Positions 46,804 to 57,330 of a stretch of DNA of 64,000 bases are shown here, one piece after another (the stretch's first letter is position 1; each line of letters opens with the position of its first letter). The notes under the pieces were generated by a model that was not told the DNA's origin, did not search any database, and saw nothing but the letters and a program-made list of their open reading frames with translations. Position numbers and translations under genes: made by a program. Source of the DNA: Candidatus Hermodarchaeota archaeon (GTDB taxonomy: Archaea; Asgardarchaeota; Lokiarchaeia; Sigyniarchaeales; SOKP01); NCBI GenBank assembly GCA_048885525.1, contig JBHLLP010000015.1, forward strand, positions 6,348-70,347, in the 5' to 3' direction.

Positions 46804-47310
46804 ATCAAAATAGCGATTTTGGCTACAGATGGATATGAAGATCTCGAGCTGCATTATCCACTCATTAGATTGATTGAAGCGGGGTATGAAACTGAAGTGT
46901 TAAGTTTACAAAAAAGAGAAATTAAAGGAAAATACGGATATCCCATCAAACCTGATAAATTAGTAAGAGAAGCCAATCCTGATGATTATGATGGTGTGAT
47001 AATACCTGGAGGCACAAAAAATCCTGATTATTTAAGGAGAGAGAAAGAAGTACTCGAATTCGTTTCCAAAATCAATGAAAAGGGAAAATTAATAGGTGCT
47101 ATTTGTCATGCTGGTTGGGTTTTAATTTCTGCAAAAATTATAAGAGGTCGTAAAGCAACTAGTTATTTTGCAATAAAGGATGATATGATAAATGCTGGTA
47201 CTATATTTGAGGACTCTCCAGTTGTAATAGATAATAATTTGATTACTTCGCGTATGCCAAGTGACTTACCTGATTTCATGAGAGCAGTCTTGAATTTTCT
47301 AGAGCGTTAA
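46804..47310 (+). CDS. pfpI: PfpI/DJ-1 family cysteine protease/deglycase; start extended to ATC 46804
   Basis: IKIAILATDGYEDLE, IPGG, AICHAG, TSRMPSDL; GAGGTGA RBS at 46791-46797. Confidence 0.9.
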   Translation: MKIAILATDGYEDLELHYPLIRLIEAGYETEVLSLQKREIKGKYGYPIKPDKLVREANPDDYDGVIIPGGTKNPDYLRREKEVLEFVSKINEKGKLIGAICHAGWVLISAKIIRGRKATSYFAIKDDMINAGTIFEDSPVVIDNNLITSRMPSDLPDFMRAVLNFLER

Positions 47311-47337
47311 GAAAATCTAAAATAAAGTTTTGATTAT

Positions 47338-48561
47338 TTAATATAAACTTTTAACCCGATGCATATCTTCTTTAAGAATTTCTAAGAAGATATTTATTTG
47401 TTCAATTTGCTTGTTAATTATTTCAATTTTTTTATCAATTATCTCTGAATCTGATAGATCTTTTTTCTCCAAATCTTTCCTTACAATATTATACGTTCTT
47501 ATTTGATTTAATATATTTTGCATTCTCTTTATTTTTACTTGAAATAATTTCTTGTATTTTTTAAGATCTTCCAGCTTTGTTTCAATACTGTCGATAAAAT
47601 TGAAGCAAATATCAACATTTTCTTCTTTCTTTAAATTATTCGCGATTAATTCAATACTCTTTAAATAAGTAATTACTAATTTTTGTTGTTCCTTATCAAT
47701 TGATTCACCTTTAAAACTAGGTTCAGAACTTATCTCCTCCAATATATCTGAAGTATATTTTATATTAATTTTTTTTGAGAATTGGTTTATAGTCTCATTT
47801 ATTTTAATCGATTCATCTGAAATTCCAGAATCATCAAGATCAATTATTAATTCTAATTCATCCAATTCTACCTTAGTAATTAATGGAGAAAATTTTACCT
47901 GCAATTTTTTCCTTCCATAATAATCGTTGTTTTGCCGGATAATTTGAGTATACATTTGTATAAATTCTTGTCCAATAGGTGCAAATAAAACTCCTCCATT
48001 TTCATCGAGTTGACATAAAAGAGGATTAATCTTCGATTGTTCAATTGCGCCCGTTACTAATATTTTCTGCCAAGGGCATAATTCTGGCATTCCCAAAAGA
48101 GGATTTTTTACTATTATTGAAATTTGATCATCTAGTTTTAATTTCTTTAGGTTTTCAGATGTAAATTTAGCGATTTCAGAATTTGCCTCAAGAATTATAA
48201 TCTCTCCCTTGGGTGCTAATTTATGAGCTAAGGCTGCTATATATCCACTTTTTGCTCCCAAGATTAATAAATCGTCATTTTCAGTTAGAGAAAGCCCTTG
48301 AAGCATGATTGTTATCATATGGGGCGCAGAAATCGTTCTATAATTATTAGGATTTTGCTCATCATAATAGAATAAATTTGGCACATCTTCATAAAGTTTA
48401 ACTATATTTATGAATTTCTCTGGAATAAACTTCTCTAAAGGCACATCCATAAATGCCTTAATTAATCGTTTATCTTTTAAGATATCATTTATAATTAAAG
48501 AATCTAATAAACGTTTTTTCTTTAATTTCAGTCGTTCCTTGATTCTTTCGTTTCTGTCCAA
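47338..48561 (-). CDS. Protein-L-isoaspartate O-methyltransferase-like domain fused to a coiled coil
   Basis: TISAPHM, LILGAKSGYIAAL, KILVTGA, QLDENGGVLFAPIG, FSPL; about 170-aa helical tail. Confidence 0.8.
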   Translation of the reverse strand: MDRNERIKERLKLKKKRLLDSLIINDILKDKRLIKAFMDVPLEKFIPEKFINIVKLYEDVPNLFYYDEQNPNNYRTISAPHMITIMLQGLSLTENDDLLILGAKSGYIAALAHKLAPKGEIIILEANSEIAKFTSENLKKLKLDDQISIIVKNPLLGMPELCPWQKILVTGAIEQSKINPLLCQLDENGGVLFAPIGQEFIQMYTQIIRQNNDYYGRKKLQVKFSPLITKVELDELELIIDLDDSGISDESIKINETINQFSKKINIKYTSDILEEISSEPSFKGESIDKEQQKLVITYLKSIELIANNLKKEENVDICFNFIDSIETKLEDLKKYKKLFQVKIKRMQNILNQIRTYNIVRKDLEKKDLSDSEIIDKKIEIINKQIEQINIFLEILKEDMHRVKSLY

Positions 48562-48657
48562 ATTTTATCAACTTTTTATATTAAAAAAATAATATAAAAA
48601 CAAGTTATTATACTTTTTTATAATAAATCTTAACTGTCTTATTACGATTCTAATCAT

Positions 48658-49245
48658 ATGATGGTCCTTGATGTTGAAACATTGAAAGATGCTAAAATAA
48701 CATTAACTCTTATCTTTATTAATATATTGATTTTTTTCCTATTTAATTTGGCAGCCCCCACAGAATTTCTCCTCATTTTTGTCCAAATTAATAGAAATAT
48801 AATAGAAAATTATGAGATATGGAGATTATTTACACCTATGTTTTTTCATGCAGATCCAATACACTTATTTTCCAATATGATTGCTCTCCTGTTTTTTGGA
48901 GCAACAGTAGAAAATAATAGCTTCATATCGAAAACACAATATTTGTTTATTTATTTTGCTTCAGGTATTATTGGTAATACATTTTCATTACTACTACTCC
49001 CATTAAATGCAATTAGCTTAGGAGCATCAGGAGCTATTTTTGGACTATTAGGGGTTGCTTTTATAATGATTGCAACAGATTTTCAACCCCTCTTGCTTTT
49101 TGCTTTATTTTATCTTGTTTTTTTTATTATTTATTCATTTACTCCTGGTATTAATTATTGGGCTCATCTATTTGGATTATCAGGAGGTTTACTCTTTGGC
49201 TACTTATTCTATACTCGCAAAAAGAAAAATAGATTTATTTCCTGA
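48658..49245 (+). CDS. Rhomboid intramembrane serine protease
   Basis: WRLFT.MFFH...HLFSN, GASGAIFG, AHLFG. Confidence 0.93.
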   Translation: MMVLDVETLKDAKITLTLIFINILIFFLFNLAAPTEFLLIFVQINRNIIENYEIWRLFTPMFFHADPIHLFSNMIALLFFGATVENNSFISKTQYLFIYFASGIIGNTFSLLLLPLNAISLGASGAIFGLLGVAFIMIATDFQPLLLFALFYLVFFIIYSFTPGINYWAHLFGLSGGLLFGYLFYTRKKKNRFIS

Positions 49246-49321
49246 ATTTTTTTAATAACAATATCACATTTAAAATTCTAGAATGATTCATTACTGTGAT
49301 TTATTCAATCATTCCTTAATA

Positions 49322-49990
49322 TCACTTACTTTTTTTTTTTTTTCTCCTCATTGCTACCTCCATTGAAAAATCTTTTGGACAATCAACATTGATAGAGCAT
49401 ATTTCACATTTTGGTCTGATTGGTATACATATTTGTTGTCCAAATCTTACAAATAATCTATTCAATTTTAGCCAAAGTTCTTTAGGAATTGTATTTTTTA
49501 ACTCTTTTTCTGTTTGTAGAGGATTCTTCGTTTTTACCCATCCTAATCTATTGCTTATTCGGTGTACATGCGTATCTACTGGAATAGCAGGCACATTAAA
49601 TGCATACACTAATACACAATTAGCTGTTTTACTACCTACACCGGGTAAACTCATCAATTCTTCATAATTTTCAGGAACACTACTATAGTATTTTTCTATT
49701 AAAACTTTTGATACTTCTTTTACTCGGGCAGCTTTAACTTTATAAAATCCTGAGGATTTAACAAGTTGCTCAATTTCTTCAATATCTGCTTCAGCGATTT
49801 CTTTTGGAGTCTTATATTTAGCAAATAATCTCTCAGTTGCAATTCTAGTATTCGCATCTTTAGTACGTGCTGATAATATTGTAGAGATTAAAATTTTAAA
49901 AGGATCCTGCTTCTTTTTAGCTAATTCATCTAAATGAGCTTCTCCTTCCAATTGTATTTCAATTTTATCTAATATCTCACTATAATTCAT
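49322..49990 (-). CDS. nth: Endonuclease III
   Basis: LISTILSART.D, HhH LPGVGSKTA, PVDTHVHR, C-x6-C-x2-C-x5-C. Confidence 0.95.
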   Translation of the reverse strand: MNYSEILDKIEIQLEGEAHLDELAKKKQDPFKILISTILSARTKDANTRIATERLFAKYKTPKEIAEADIEEIEQLVKSSGFYKVKAARVKEVSKVLIEKYYSSVPENYEELMSLPGVGSKTANCVLVYAFNVPAIPVDTHVHRISNRLGWVKTKNPLQTEKELKNTIPKELWLKLNRLFVRFGQQICIPIRPKCEICSINVDCPKDFSMEVAMRRKKKKSK

Positions 49991-49996
49991 ATTTCC

Positions 49997-51403
49997 TCAT
50001 TTTTTTTCTAATACATAAATCTTTCTTTTTACAATTTGACCCTTTTTAGCATCTATCAATGTCCTTACATGTTGTTTGCGAAACTGAAGTTTTGGATTAG
50101 ATTTATTATTTAACCTATTAAGATCTAACATTGGAATAATTCTAAAATTATTCCTAGTAGCAATTTTCTCTATATTTACTTGAATATCGTTTCCATCTAA
50201 AGTACTAATAATAGGAGATATAAAACAAATTCTTGAATCAGGTTTTAAAATCTTATAAGCTTCGCGGAAGAACTCATTATATAATGGTTCTAATTCGTTA
50301 TCTATTAATTCTTTAGCTTGAGTATAATATGGTTTTTTTGTATAAAATGGTCCTAATTCCGGTTCAGTACATATGCCATCAAAAAAGAAAGGTTCAAATA
50401 TTTTAGATAAATTTCTTGCATCATGTTCTAAAATTCTTTTATCTGTAAAAGGAGGTATTTCTTCTTCCAATAACTCCAGCAACCAATGTATATTACGAAT
50501 AGTATTACTTACTTTCTGACCATCAATATCAGATCCATATATTTGAAAATCCTGTAAAATAGCAAATAAAGCGATTGTACCATTTCCAATAAATGGATCG
50601 ATAATTTTCTTACTTTCTCTTTTTTCATATAGATTCAAAAAATTTAATAATATTAATACCAATTTGGGAGAAATTGCACTTTTAAACTCTGTAAATGGTC
50701 TTTTCTCATCAATCCTCTTTTTGAAGTTCGGATCGTCAGTCGTATATGTTCTTGCAATATAGACTCCTTCTTCAGTAAACCCAAAAACAATTTCTGCTCT
50801 GTGTTCTTTAAGTAAATCGTACTTAATTAAATGATGTGGAAATATGGGATTTAAATTACCTGCTTTAATATTTTTTTCAGGATATTGATAATATAATACC
50901 TTTTCAGAACCTCTTTTTTTCAGAATTTCCATTATTTCTTTATTTAGAAACGGTAAGAAATGTTTTATTAATATCTCAGAATAATATTCTTCATCATAAA
51001 GATTGGGATAAATTGAAACAGCAAAAAACATACTTTCGTAAATTTTCGGAAAAATGCTATTTTTTCCAATAATTAAGTTATCAATAATATCTATAATCTT
51101 TTTTCTTGTTCTTTCGACATCTTTAAATTTTGTTATTTCGACTGGAAAGGCATCTCGGATGGTATTAATATCAATAAAATCAAAAATTTTTGCGATCTTC
51201 TGGCATCCACCTAAAACAAATTGAACCTCCATGAGTTTATTAATATAATGTTTATCTTGGTGTAATTTTTCAAATTCTACTACTGCTATATTAGCAGAAT
51301 AATCGATTATTTTTCCTTTGTTTTGAGAATGATTAAGATAATGATCTAATTCTGCGATGGATAGCTGCCAATTTGAGCCTAGAATAAATAAAAATCTTTC
51401 CAT
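49997..51403 (-). CDS. Trm11/TrmG10-like tRNA methyltransferase
   Basis: ISPKL, IDPFIGNGTI, GSDID, DAR, ICTEPELGP. Confidence 0.75.
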   Translation of the reverse strand: MERFLFILGSNWQLSIAELDHYLNHSQNKGKIIDYSANIAVVEFEKLHQDKHYINKLMEVQFVLGGCQKIAKIFDFIDINTIRDAFPVEITKFKDVERTRKKIIDIIDNLIIGKNSIFPKIYESMFFAVSIYPNLYDEEYYSEILIKHFLPFLNKEIMEILKKRGSEKVLYYQYPEKNIKAGNLNPIFPHHLIKYDLLKEHRAEIVFGFTEEGVYIARTYTTDDPNFKKRIDEKRPFTEFKSAISPKLVLILLNFLNLYEKRESKKIIDPFIGNGTIALFAILQDFQIYGSDIDGQKVSNTIRNIHWLLELLEEEIPPFTDKRILEHDARNLSKIFEPFFFDGICTEPELGPFYTKKPYYTQAKELIDNELEPLYNEFFREAYKILKPDSRICFISPIISTLDGNDIQVNIEKIATRNNFRIIPMLDLNRLNNKSNPKLQFRKQHVRTLIDAKKGQIVKRKIYVLEKK

Positions 51404-51480
51404 AATAAAAATAAATCAATATATAAGAAATAAAATAATCGATTCAATTTCTATTTTTTGAGTTAAAGAAATATTATATT

Positions 51481-52737
51481 TTATTGTTTTTTCCTCAACC
51501 AAGCTCTAAATGCTTTTGTAGTTTTACCATGCCAAATAGCCTTTTTAGGATAAGCTTTCTCAAACTCCTCTATATCTTCTTCTGTATATTCTAATGGAGT
51601 TTGTTCATCCTCCTCATCTTCTTCCTCCTCATCAAAATCTATGGAAATTTCATATTTTTCTCCAGTAATATCCTCTAAAGCGCTCATTATATCTTCAAGA
51701 TCTTCTTTCTTTCTTACAACCACAGGTACTTTTTCCAATACTTTATCTTCTTTAATTTCTTCTTTTTCAGATTCTTTTATTGTTTTTTCATATGCTTTTC
51801 TTTTTTCTAATCTTTCAACTCTTATTTTTTTTATTTCTTTAATAATCTCGTCATAATTATCCTTGAAATATTTTAGACTTACGTTAATAAGATCTGAAAC
51901 ATTATCCCATTTATCTTCTTTAACAATACCTTCTGCCCAATAATATAAATCTAAATTAAGTTCTATCGTAACTGCTTTTCCTTCGGATTCCAAACTACCG
52001 ATTAAAAAACTTAAAATATTGGCTATTAATATATCATTATCTAAAGCGGAAAAACCATATTCATGGGCAAGAGAAGAAAAAATACTAAGATTCCCAAACC
52101 CTACAACTTTACCCTTAAAATATTCTACAGCAACCATCAATGGAACTTTAGGGCTATCTTCTTCTATCCAATACTCGCCATCATAACGCTTACGCCAACT
52201 ATTTAATCCAGATTTTAAAATCCAATCTATTTTTATATTTTCCTCAACATTAAGGAAATCTAAAATTTTGATTGAACACGAACTTGAAAAAACGATTTTT
52301 TTTATTTGGTTTGTTATAACATGAGGTTTAAATTTTGTTATAATAGGTCTTTTCTGAAGATTGACATAATTTACTGAATCATATATCTCATCAGAAATAA
52401 ACTCAAATCCAAATTTACGTGTTAAATCATTTAGATTAGTGTTATTTGTAGAATTTCCTCCACTTGAGCTATTTATTAAGAGGCTTCCTCCATTTTTCAC
52501 ATATTCTTCAAGAATGTTAATTTCAGTCTCGTCCAGATTAATATTCCTAGGAGTAGATAGAATTATCACATTATATTTTTCTAAATTGGCTAAAGAATAA
52601 AACCCAGTTTCAATTTTCCCCAATTTATAGCCAGATGTGAATAGAAATTGAACAAATTCACCAAAACTAGATGATTCTACGTTTAAAATATTATTATGAG
52701 AATAATCTAAGCCAATAACTATATCCATGAAATTCAA
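51481..52737 (-). CDS. GIFT/IFT52-DUF4350-like GATase-fold domain + RHH-like segment + acidic linker + KAIWHGKxT motif
   Basis: DYSHNN, VIILSTP...EI..LEEYVKNGGSLLI, LN.L...FG, GKVVGFG. Confidence 0.65.
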   Translation of the reverse strand: MNFMDIVIGLDYSHNNILNVESSSFGEFVQFLFTSGYKLGKIETGFYSLANLEKYNVIILSTPRNINLDETEINILEEYVKNGGSLLINSSSGGNSTNNTNLNDLTRKFGFEFISDEIYDSVNYVNLQKRPIITKFKPHVITNQIKKIVFSSSCSIKILDFLNVEENIKIDWILKSGLNSWRKRYDGEYWIEEDSPKVPLMVAVEYFKGKVVGFGNLSIFSSLAHEYGFSALDNDILIANILSFLIGSLESEGKAVTIELNLDLYYWAEGIVKEDKWDNVSDLINVSLKYFKDNYDEIIKEIKKIRVERLEKRKAYEKTIKESEKEEIKEDKVLEKVPVVVRKKEDLEDIMSALEDITGEKYEISIDFDEEEEDEEDEQTPLEYTEEDIEEFEKAYPKKAIWHGKTTKAFRAWLRKKQ

Positions 52738-52831
52738 CTATTAATATATTAATTGTAAATCTAAAAAAAATTGGTTCTCTCTTTTTACATCTATATAAGA
52801 TATATTTCTTCTATTCTATAAATAAAATTAT

Positions 52832-53689
52832 CTAAATTTTAATCACAATTATATCTAAAACAACATGAAATAAATTCGGACCATAGCTTTTAACAAATCT
52901 ATGCGACTTTAATTCACATTTATAACTTTCTTTATAAGCGATTTCATTAAATTCTTCGAATAACTCGATATATTTATCTTTTTCTACCACCCCTTCATAA
53001 TGAAACACGGTTCCATTATCATTAACTAACGTTAATGCCTCTTTAACGTAATTTTTTGGTGCTGGAAAGACTCCCATTATTACTCTATTAGCTCTAATCC
53101 CAGATTCACTAATTTTTATAACTTCAACCTTACAATCCCCATTTATAGGTACAATTTTATCTTCTAAATGATTTATCTTAATATTTTCAACTAAAAATTT
53201 GTAGGATTCAGGGTTAAGCTCAATACTATATACTTTTTTTACAGAAGAATGTTTTGCGATTGGTAAAGAAAAATATCCTATTCCTGCAAACATATCTACA
53301 ACAATCTCTCCATTTTGGATAATAGTTGTGAGATATTTTCTTTCATTGACATTTCCCTTACTGAACATAATTTTTGTTATATCGAATCGATAAATAACTT
53401 CATGCTCTTTATGTTCTACAATAGGATAGTCTATTCCCGTAACAAATTCAATATTCTCTGGTTCTCTAAAAGTCCCTCTTATTACACCAGTATTAATATA
53501 AATAGATTTAATATTTGGGAATAAATCTAAACAGATTTTTCCGATAAGTTTCTTCTTATCCATGATTTTTGGATTGAGTTTTAATAGAATAATTTGCCCT
53601 AAAGTTTGGAATCCTCGAGGAAGTAAAGAAAGTTCATCCTCAGTTAATTCATCTTTCAATTGTTCCTTAAGTTTATCTTTAAAACCCAT
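52832..53689 (-). CDS. Trm5/Taw2 (TYW2)-family tRNA-modifying SAM enzyme
   Basis: D.TKIMFSKGN..ER, VDMFAGIGYF, ELNP, VKSYGP..FHVVLD. Confidence 0.88.
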   Translation of the reverse strand: MGFKDKLKEQLKDELTEDELSLLPRGFQTLGQIILLKLNPKIMDKKKLIGKICLDLFPNIKSIYINTGVIRGTFREPENIEFVTGIDYPIVEHKEHEVIYRFDITKIMFSKGNVNERKYLTTIIQNGEIVVDMFAGIGYFSLPIAKHSSVKKVYSIELNPESYKFLVENIKINHLEDKIVPINGDCKVEVIKISESGIRANRVIMGVFPAPKNYVKEALTLVNDNGTVFHYEGVVEKDKYIELFEEFNEIAYKESYKCELKSHRFVKSYGPNLFHVVLDIIVIKI

Positions 53690-53824
53690 TTATACTCAAA
53701 AATGTAAATATTATTGATTCAAACTAATATATAATCAAGTTAAATTATTATAGGATAGCAAATCAATCTTATTATAACAAATAAGATTATAACAAACTTT
53801 TTACAAATAAATGTTGAGAAAAAT

Positions 53825-55699
53825 ATGCCAAAAAGTTTAGATGATCCAGAATTTTTAGTAGATGAGAAAAAAGTGTGGTTTATACCTCCAGAAGAAGGAG
53901 GTTATTGGCCTGAAGGTGTACCGAAACAGTTAAGAGAGGTCGAAGAGGTAGAGATATTGCCAATGTGGGAATATTTTCAACACGCTGCTGATTTATATGG
54001 GACACGGGACAATGATATATGTATTTTTGTGTATGGGCCATATATAGAACGTGTAAAATTAAGAACTTTATTTGATTATGCAAAATGCTTTGGAACTTTT
54101 CTCCATAAAAATCTAGGAATTAGAAAAGGTGATGTTGTGGCAATTGATCTCCCAAATTCTATCAATTTTGTAGTTGCATATATGGGCTGTCAGTATATAG
54201 GTGCAATTGCACAGGGTATTAATCCTACTTATAGACCAATGGAGCTTTTGCATTCCTTGAATATGACTAAAGCAAAAGTATTTGTTATGATGGATATGCT
54301 ATATATAGCTGGCCCTAAGGATGTTCTCCCAAAAACAGATGTGAAGTTTGTGATACCTTCAAATTTTGTAGATTTTATGACTGCTGACGAGGCTATAATC
54401 GAAAAATTAGGAATTCCCAATGCAAGAGATAAAATTCCCGATGAAACTGAAAATTATAAAGTATATTGGATGGATAATATTATAAATGAAACACAACCCG
54501 AAGAGATTGAGGTTGATATTGATCCATGGACAGATCCTGCGGTATATCTTATGACTGGAGGTACTACTGGACTACCTAAAGTTGCGATGCTTTCACATGC
54601 TAATCTCAGTGCTAATCTAAATATGGTTAAGGATTGGACAAAACTTGGACCAGGTGTAATAACTATAGGAGCAATTCCCTTCTTTCATAGCTTTGGTATG
54701 ACATGTGTCATGAATGCAGCTCTAGGTATTGGAATGATTATGCTTCTATTTCCAAAACCACCTGCAGATGATGTTCTATGCGAAGCCGTAAATAAGATAG
54801 ATGCTCCTGAAGGAATAATATATACAGGAGTCGAAATGTGGTTTAAAAGATTTACAGATTTTGTAGATGAAATGGGCGTTGAAGAATTTAAAAAGAAATA
54901 TGATTTATGGGAGAAGCTGAGATATGCCACTCAAGGAGCAGGTCCATTGCATTCTTATGTCCAAGAGCCTTTTGAGTCAGTATTTTGCCCAATACGCGCT
55001 GGTTATGGTTTAACAGAAAGTTCACCTATACATAGTGTTGCTCCTTTTTGGGGTCCAACTAAGAATGGAAAACTAGGATTACCAATACCAGGAGCAGATT
55101 GGGCTATATTTCCTTCTGATGATTTTGAGGCAGGACCTATTTGTGATGGAACTAAAGAAAGAGGAGGTTTTGGTATTGAAAACACAGGAGAAATTTGCTT
55201 AGCAGGACCTCATATTATGTTAGGATATTTAGGAGAACAAAAAGAGCAAGAAGATAATTTGAAATATTGGGGCGGGAAGCGCTGGTTACTTACAGGTGAT
55301 ATTGGGTTTATGGACGAACACGGATGGGTTGAGATACGAGATCGCAAAAAGTCCTTAATTAAAGTTTCAGGACACTCTGTATTTCCAAAAGAGGTAGAAG
55401 AATTATTAGGTCATCATGAAATGGTGGATGAAGTAGCTGTTGCGGGTTTACCTGATGAAATGACGGGAGAAGCGGTAAAAGCGTGGGTTACACTTAAAAA
55501 AGGTTTTAAAGTTGATCGCGATATTAATAGTGAACAATTAAAGGAGTGGGCACTTAATAATATGGCGAAATGGAAAAGTCCTAAATATATTGAATTCGTC
55601 AGAAAGATGCCAGTTAGTGCAACTGGAAAAGTTCAACGACGAGAGCTTCAAGAAAAAGACTTGGAAAAATTAAATCAAGCAAAACCTATAAAAGGATAA
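53825..55699 (+). CDS. Long-chain acyl-CoA synthetase (AMP-binding)
   Basis: MTGGTTGLPK, GYGLTE, TGDIG, DRKK.LIK.SG, GKVQRR. Confidence 0.94.
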   Translation: MPKSLDDPEFLVDEKKVWFIPPEEGGYWPEGVPKQLREVEEVEILPMWEYFQHAADLYGTRDNDICIFVYGPYIERVKLRTLFDYAKCFGTFLHKNLGIRKGDVVAIDLPNSINFVVAYMGCQYIGAIAQGINPTYRPMELLHSLNMTKAKVFVMMDMLYIAGPKDVLPKTDVKFVIPSNFVDFMTADEAIIEKLGIPNARDKIPDETENYKVYWMDNIINETQPEEIEVDIDPWTDPAVYLMTGGTTGLPKVAMLSHANLSANLNMVKDWTKLGPGVITIGAIPFFHSFGMTCVMNAALGIGMIMLLFPKPPADDVLCEAVNKIDAPEGIIYTGVEMWFKRFTDFVDEMGVEEFKKKYDLWEKLRYATQGAGPLHSYVQEPFESVFCPIRAGYGLTESSPIHSVAPFWGPTKNGKLGLPIPGADWAIFPSDDFEAGPICDGTKERGGFGIENTGEICLAGPHIMLGYLGEQKEQEDNLKYWGGKRWLLTGDIGFMDEHGWVEIRDRKKSLIKVSGHSVFPKEVEELLGHHEMVDEVAVAGLPDEMTGEAVKAWVTLKKGFKVDRDINSEQLKEWALNNMAKWKSPKYIEFVRKMPVSATGKVQRRELQEKDLEKLNQAKPIKG

Positions 55700-55714
55700 T
55701 TAGATTTTATTTTC

Positions 55715-55724
55715 TTTTTTTTTT
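55715..55724 (+). terminator. Oligo-T terminator
   Basis: T10 run 15 nt after the acyl-CoA synthetase stop codon. Confidence 0.5.
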
Positions 55725-55962
55725 ATTTTATTTATTAATTTTATTGTCAAGTAAAACATACCCGAAAAAATATTTATTTATTTGTCCTTATTAAGAACAA
55801 CAGCCTAATTCTTTATGTCCAAACAATTTAATCTTTAACATTAAGAAATTTTACTAGAGTAAAACCTTATATTATTTTAAGATAAAACTATACAAATTTT
55901 TAAATTTAGAAACTCTAATTTGTTATTATTAAAAAGAAAAATATAGGAGTTAAACAAAAAGA

Positions 55963-56520
55963 ATGTCGCTTAAAAGCACAAGAGAATTCTTGCTCCAAGA
56001 AAAATTTTTCTCAATTCGAGATAAAGTTAAGGTGATGAGCATTGATAAGAAAGAATTGGGGATCTTCATTGCAAAAATAATCTCAATAGGAAAAAATTAC
56101 CGGTTATATGATATCGATGATCAAGAAAACGCTATTTTAACAGTAAAAGAAAAAGTCATTTCATTACGGTCAACATATTCATTCTATAAAGGTGAGAAAG
56201 ATGATGAGAACCTAATTGGCAAGTTAAAACGAAAGTTAATCTCAATCAAACCGAAATATTGGTTTGAAGATCCTGATGAAAATAAACTGTTCACAATGAA
56301 AGGAAATATTTGGCAATTAAAGTATAAAATCTTTCTTGAAGAGAAAGTGGTTGCTGAAATAAGTAAAAAACTGTGGAAAATAAAAGACACTTATGGTATA
56401 AGATTAGATCAGAGTTTAGATGATGATAGTGCCATGTTGGTTCTTGGAATTGTAGTAATGTTGCATCATGAAAAAGAAGAAGAGGAAGAACGTCGGAGAC
56501 AACAACAGAGATTTCATTGA
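55963..56520 (+). CDS. LURP-one/Tubby-C/scramblase (YxjI-like) protein
   Basis: QEKFFSIRD, GNIWQLKY, AEISKK....DTYGI, buried C-terminal hydrophobic helix. Confidence 0.85.
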   Translation: MSLKSTREFLLQEKFFSIRDKVKVMSIDKKELGIFIAKIISIGKNYRLYDIDDQENAILTVKEKVISLRSTYSFYKGEKDDENLIGKLKRKLISIKPKYWFEDPDENKLFTMKGNIWQLKYKIFLEEKVVAEISKKLWKIKDTYGIRLDQSLDDDSAMLVLGIVVMLHHEKEEEEERRRQQQRFH

Positions 56521-56531
56521 AATAAAAAAAC

Positions 56532-57221
56532 TTATTCCATCCTTTCACCACATTTGGGGCAGAATTTATATGCTATATCATGAACAACTAAACAATTAGG
56601 ACATTTATATCCTTGAAATGCTTCAGCTTGTTCAGGGCTAGCACTTGGTTTTATTAGTGAGATTGTTTTAGGTTGAACAGAAGGTAAGGAAGATACAGCT
56701 TCAGTAGAATATTTAGCATTAGGATTTGCTTTTCTCCAATAGTTGTCTATTATAGTTCTAATCATTTCTTCACTAGCCCAATTCTTTGGGCTCGTCATAA
56801 AAGATATTCGTAATTTATATTTCCTATTATCATTGGAAAAGATTTTAGCGGTATTCAAACCCAGAAATGGTGAAGGAAAATAAGAAATATCTTCAATATC
56901 AATAAATTTTATGTATATTGAATAAGAATGTCCTTTCCAATTTATTCCATCAGGTGTGATTTCAATGCTTCTACCAGATGTTATTATCCAAAAAATTATA
57001 TCCAAGACAATAATTCCAAAGAATAAAAATCCCGCTATTATAATGAAATAAGGTTTATTGGGTGGTAAAATGAATAAAAAAATAATTATAATAGCTATCA
57101 AAAGTACATTAAAAGCACATAAACCTAATGGAATCCATTTTGTTCCTTTAAAAGCAAAAACATATCCCTTATCTAAATCTTTTTTAAACATTTCTTTACT
57201 ATATTCATTAGGAATACTCAT
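56532..57221 (-). CDS. Two-TM protein with PH-like domain and C-terminal zinc ribbon
   Basis: 2 TM, IEITPDGI...IKF.DI, CPNC...FCPKCG. Confidence 0.7.
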   Translation of the reverse strand: MSIPNEYSKEMFKKDLDKGYVFAFKGTKWIPLGLCAFNVLLIAIIIIFLFILPPNKPYFIIIAGFLFFGIIVLDIIFWIITSGRSIEITPDGINWKGHSYSIYIKFIDIEDISYFPSPFLGLNTAKIFSNDNRKYKLRISFMTSPKNWASEEMIRTIIDNYWRKANPNAKYSTEAVSSLPSVQPKTISLIKPSASPEQAEAFQGYKCPNCLVVHDIAYKFCPKCGERME

Positions 57222-57330
57222 TTTCTACCCTCGTATTAATTAAAAGATTTAAATTCATCTTAGGTGAATATAAAATATAATTTTATTTAATATTTATATT
57301 AATTACTCTCATTTTTTTCATTCTTTCAAG

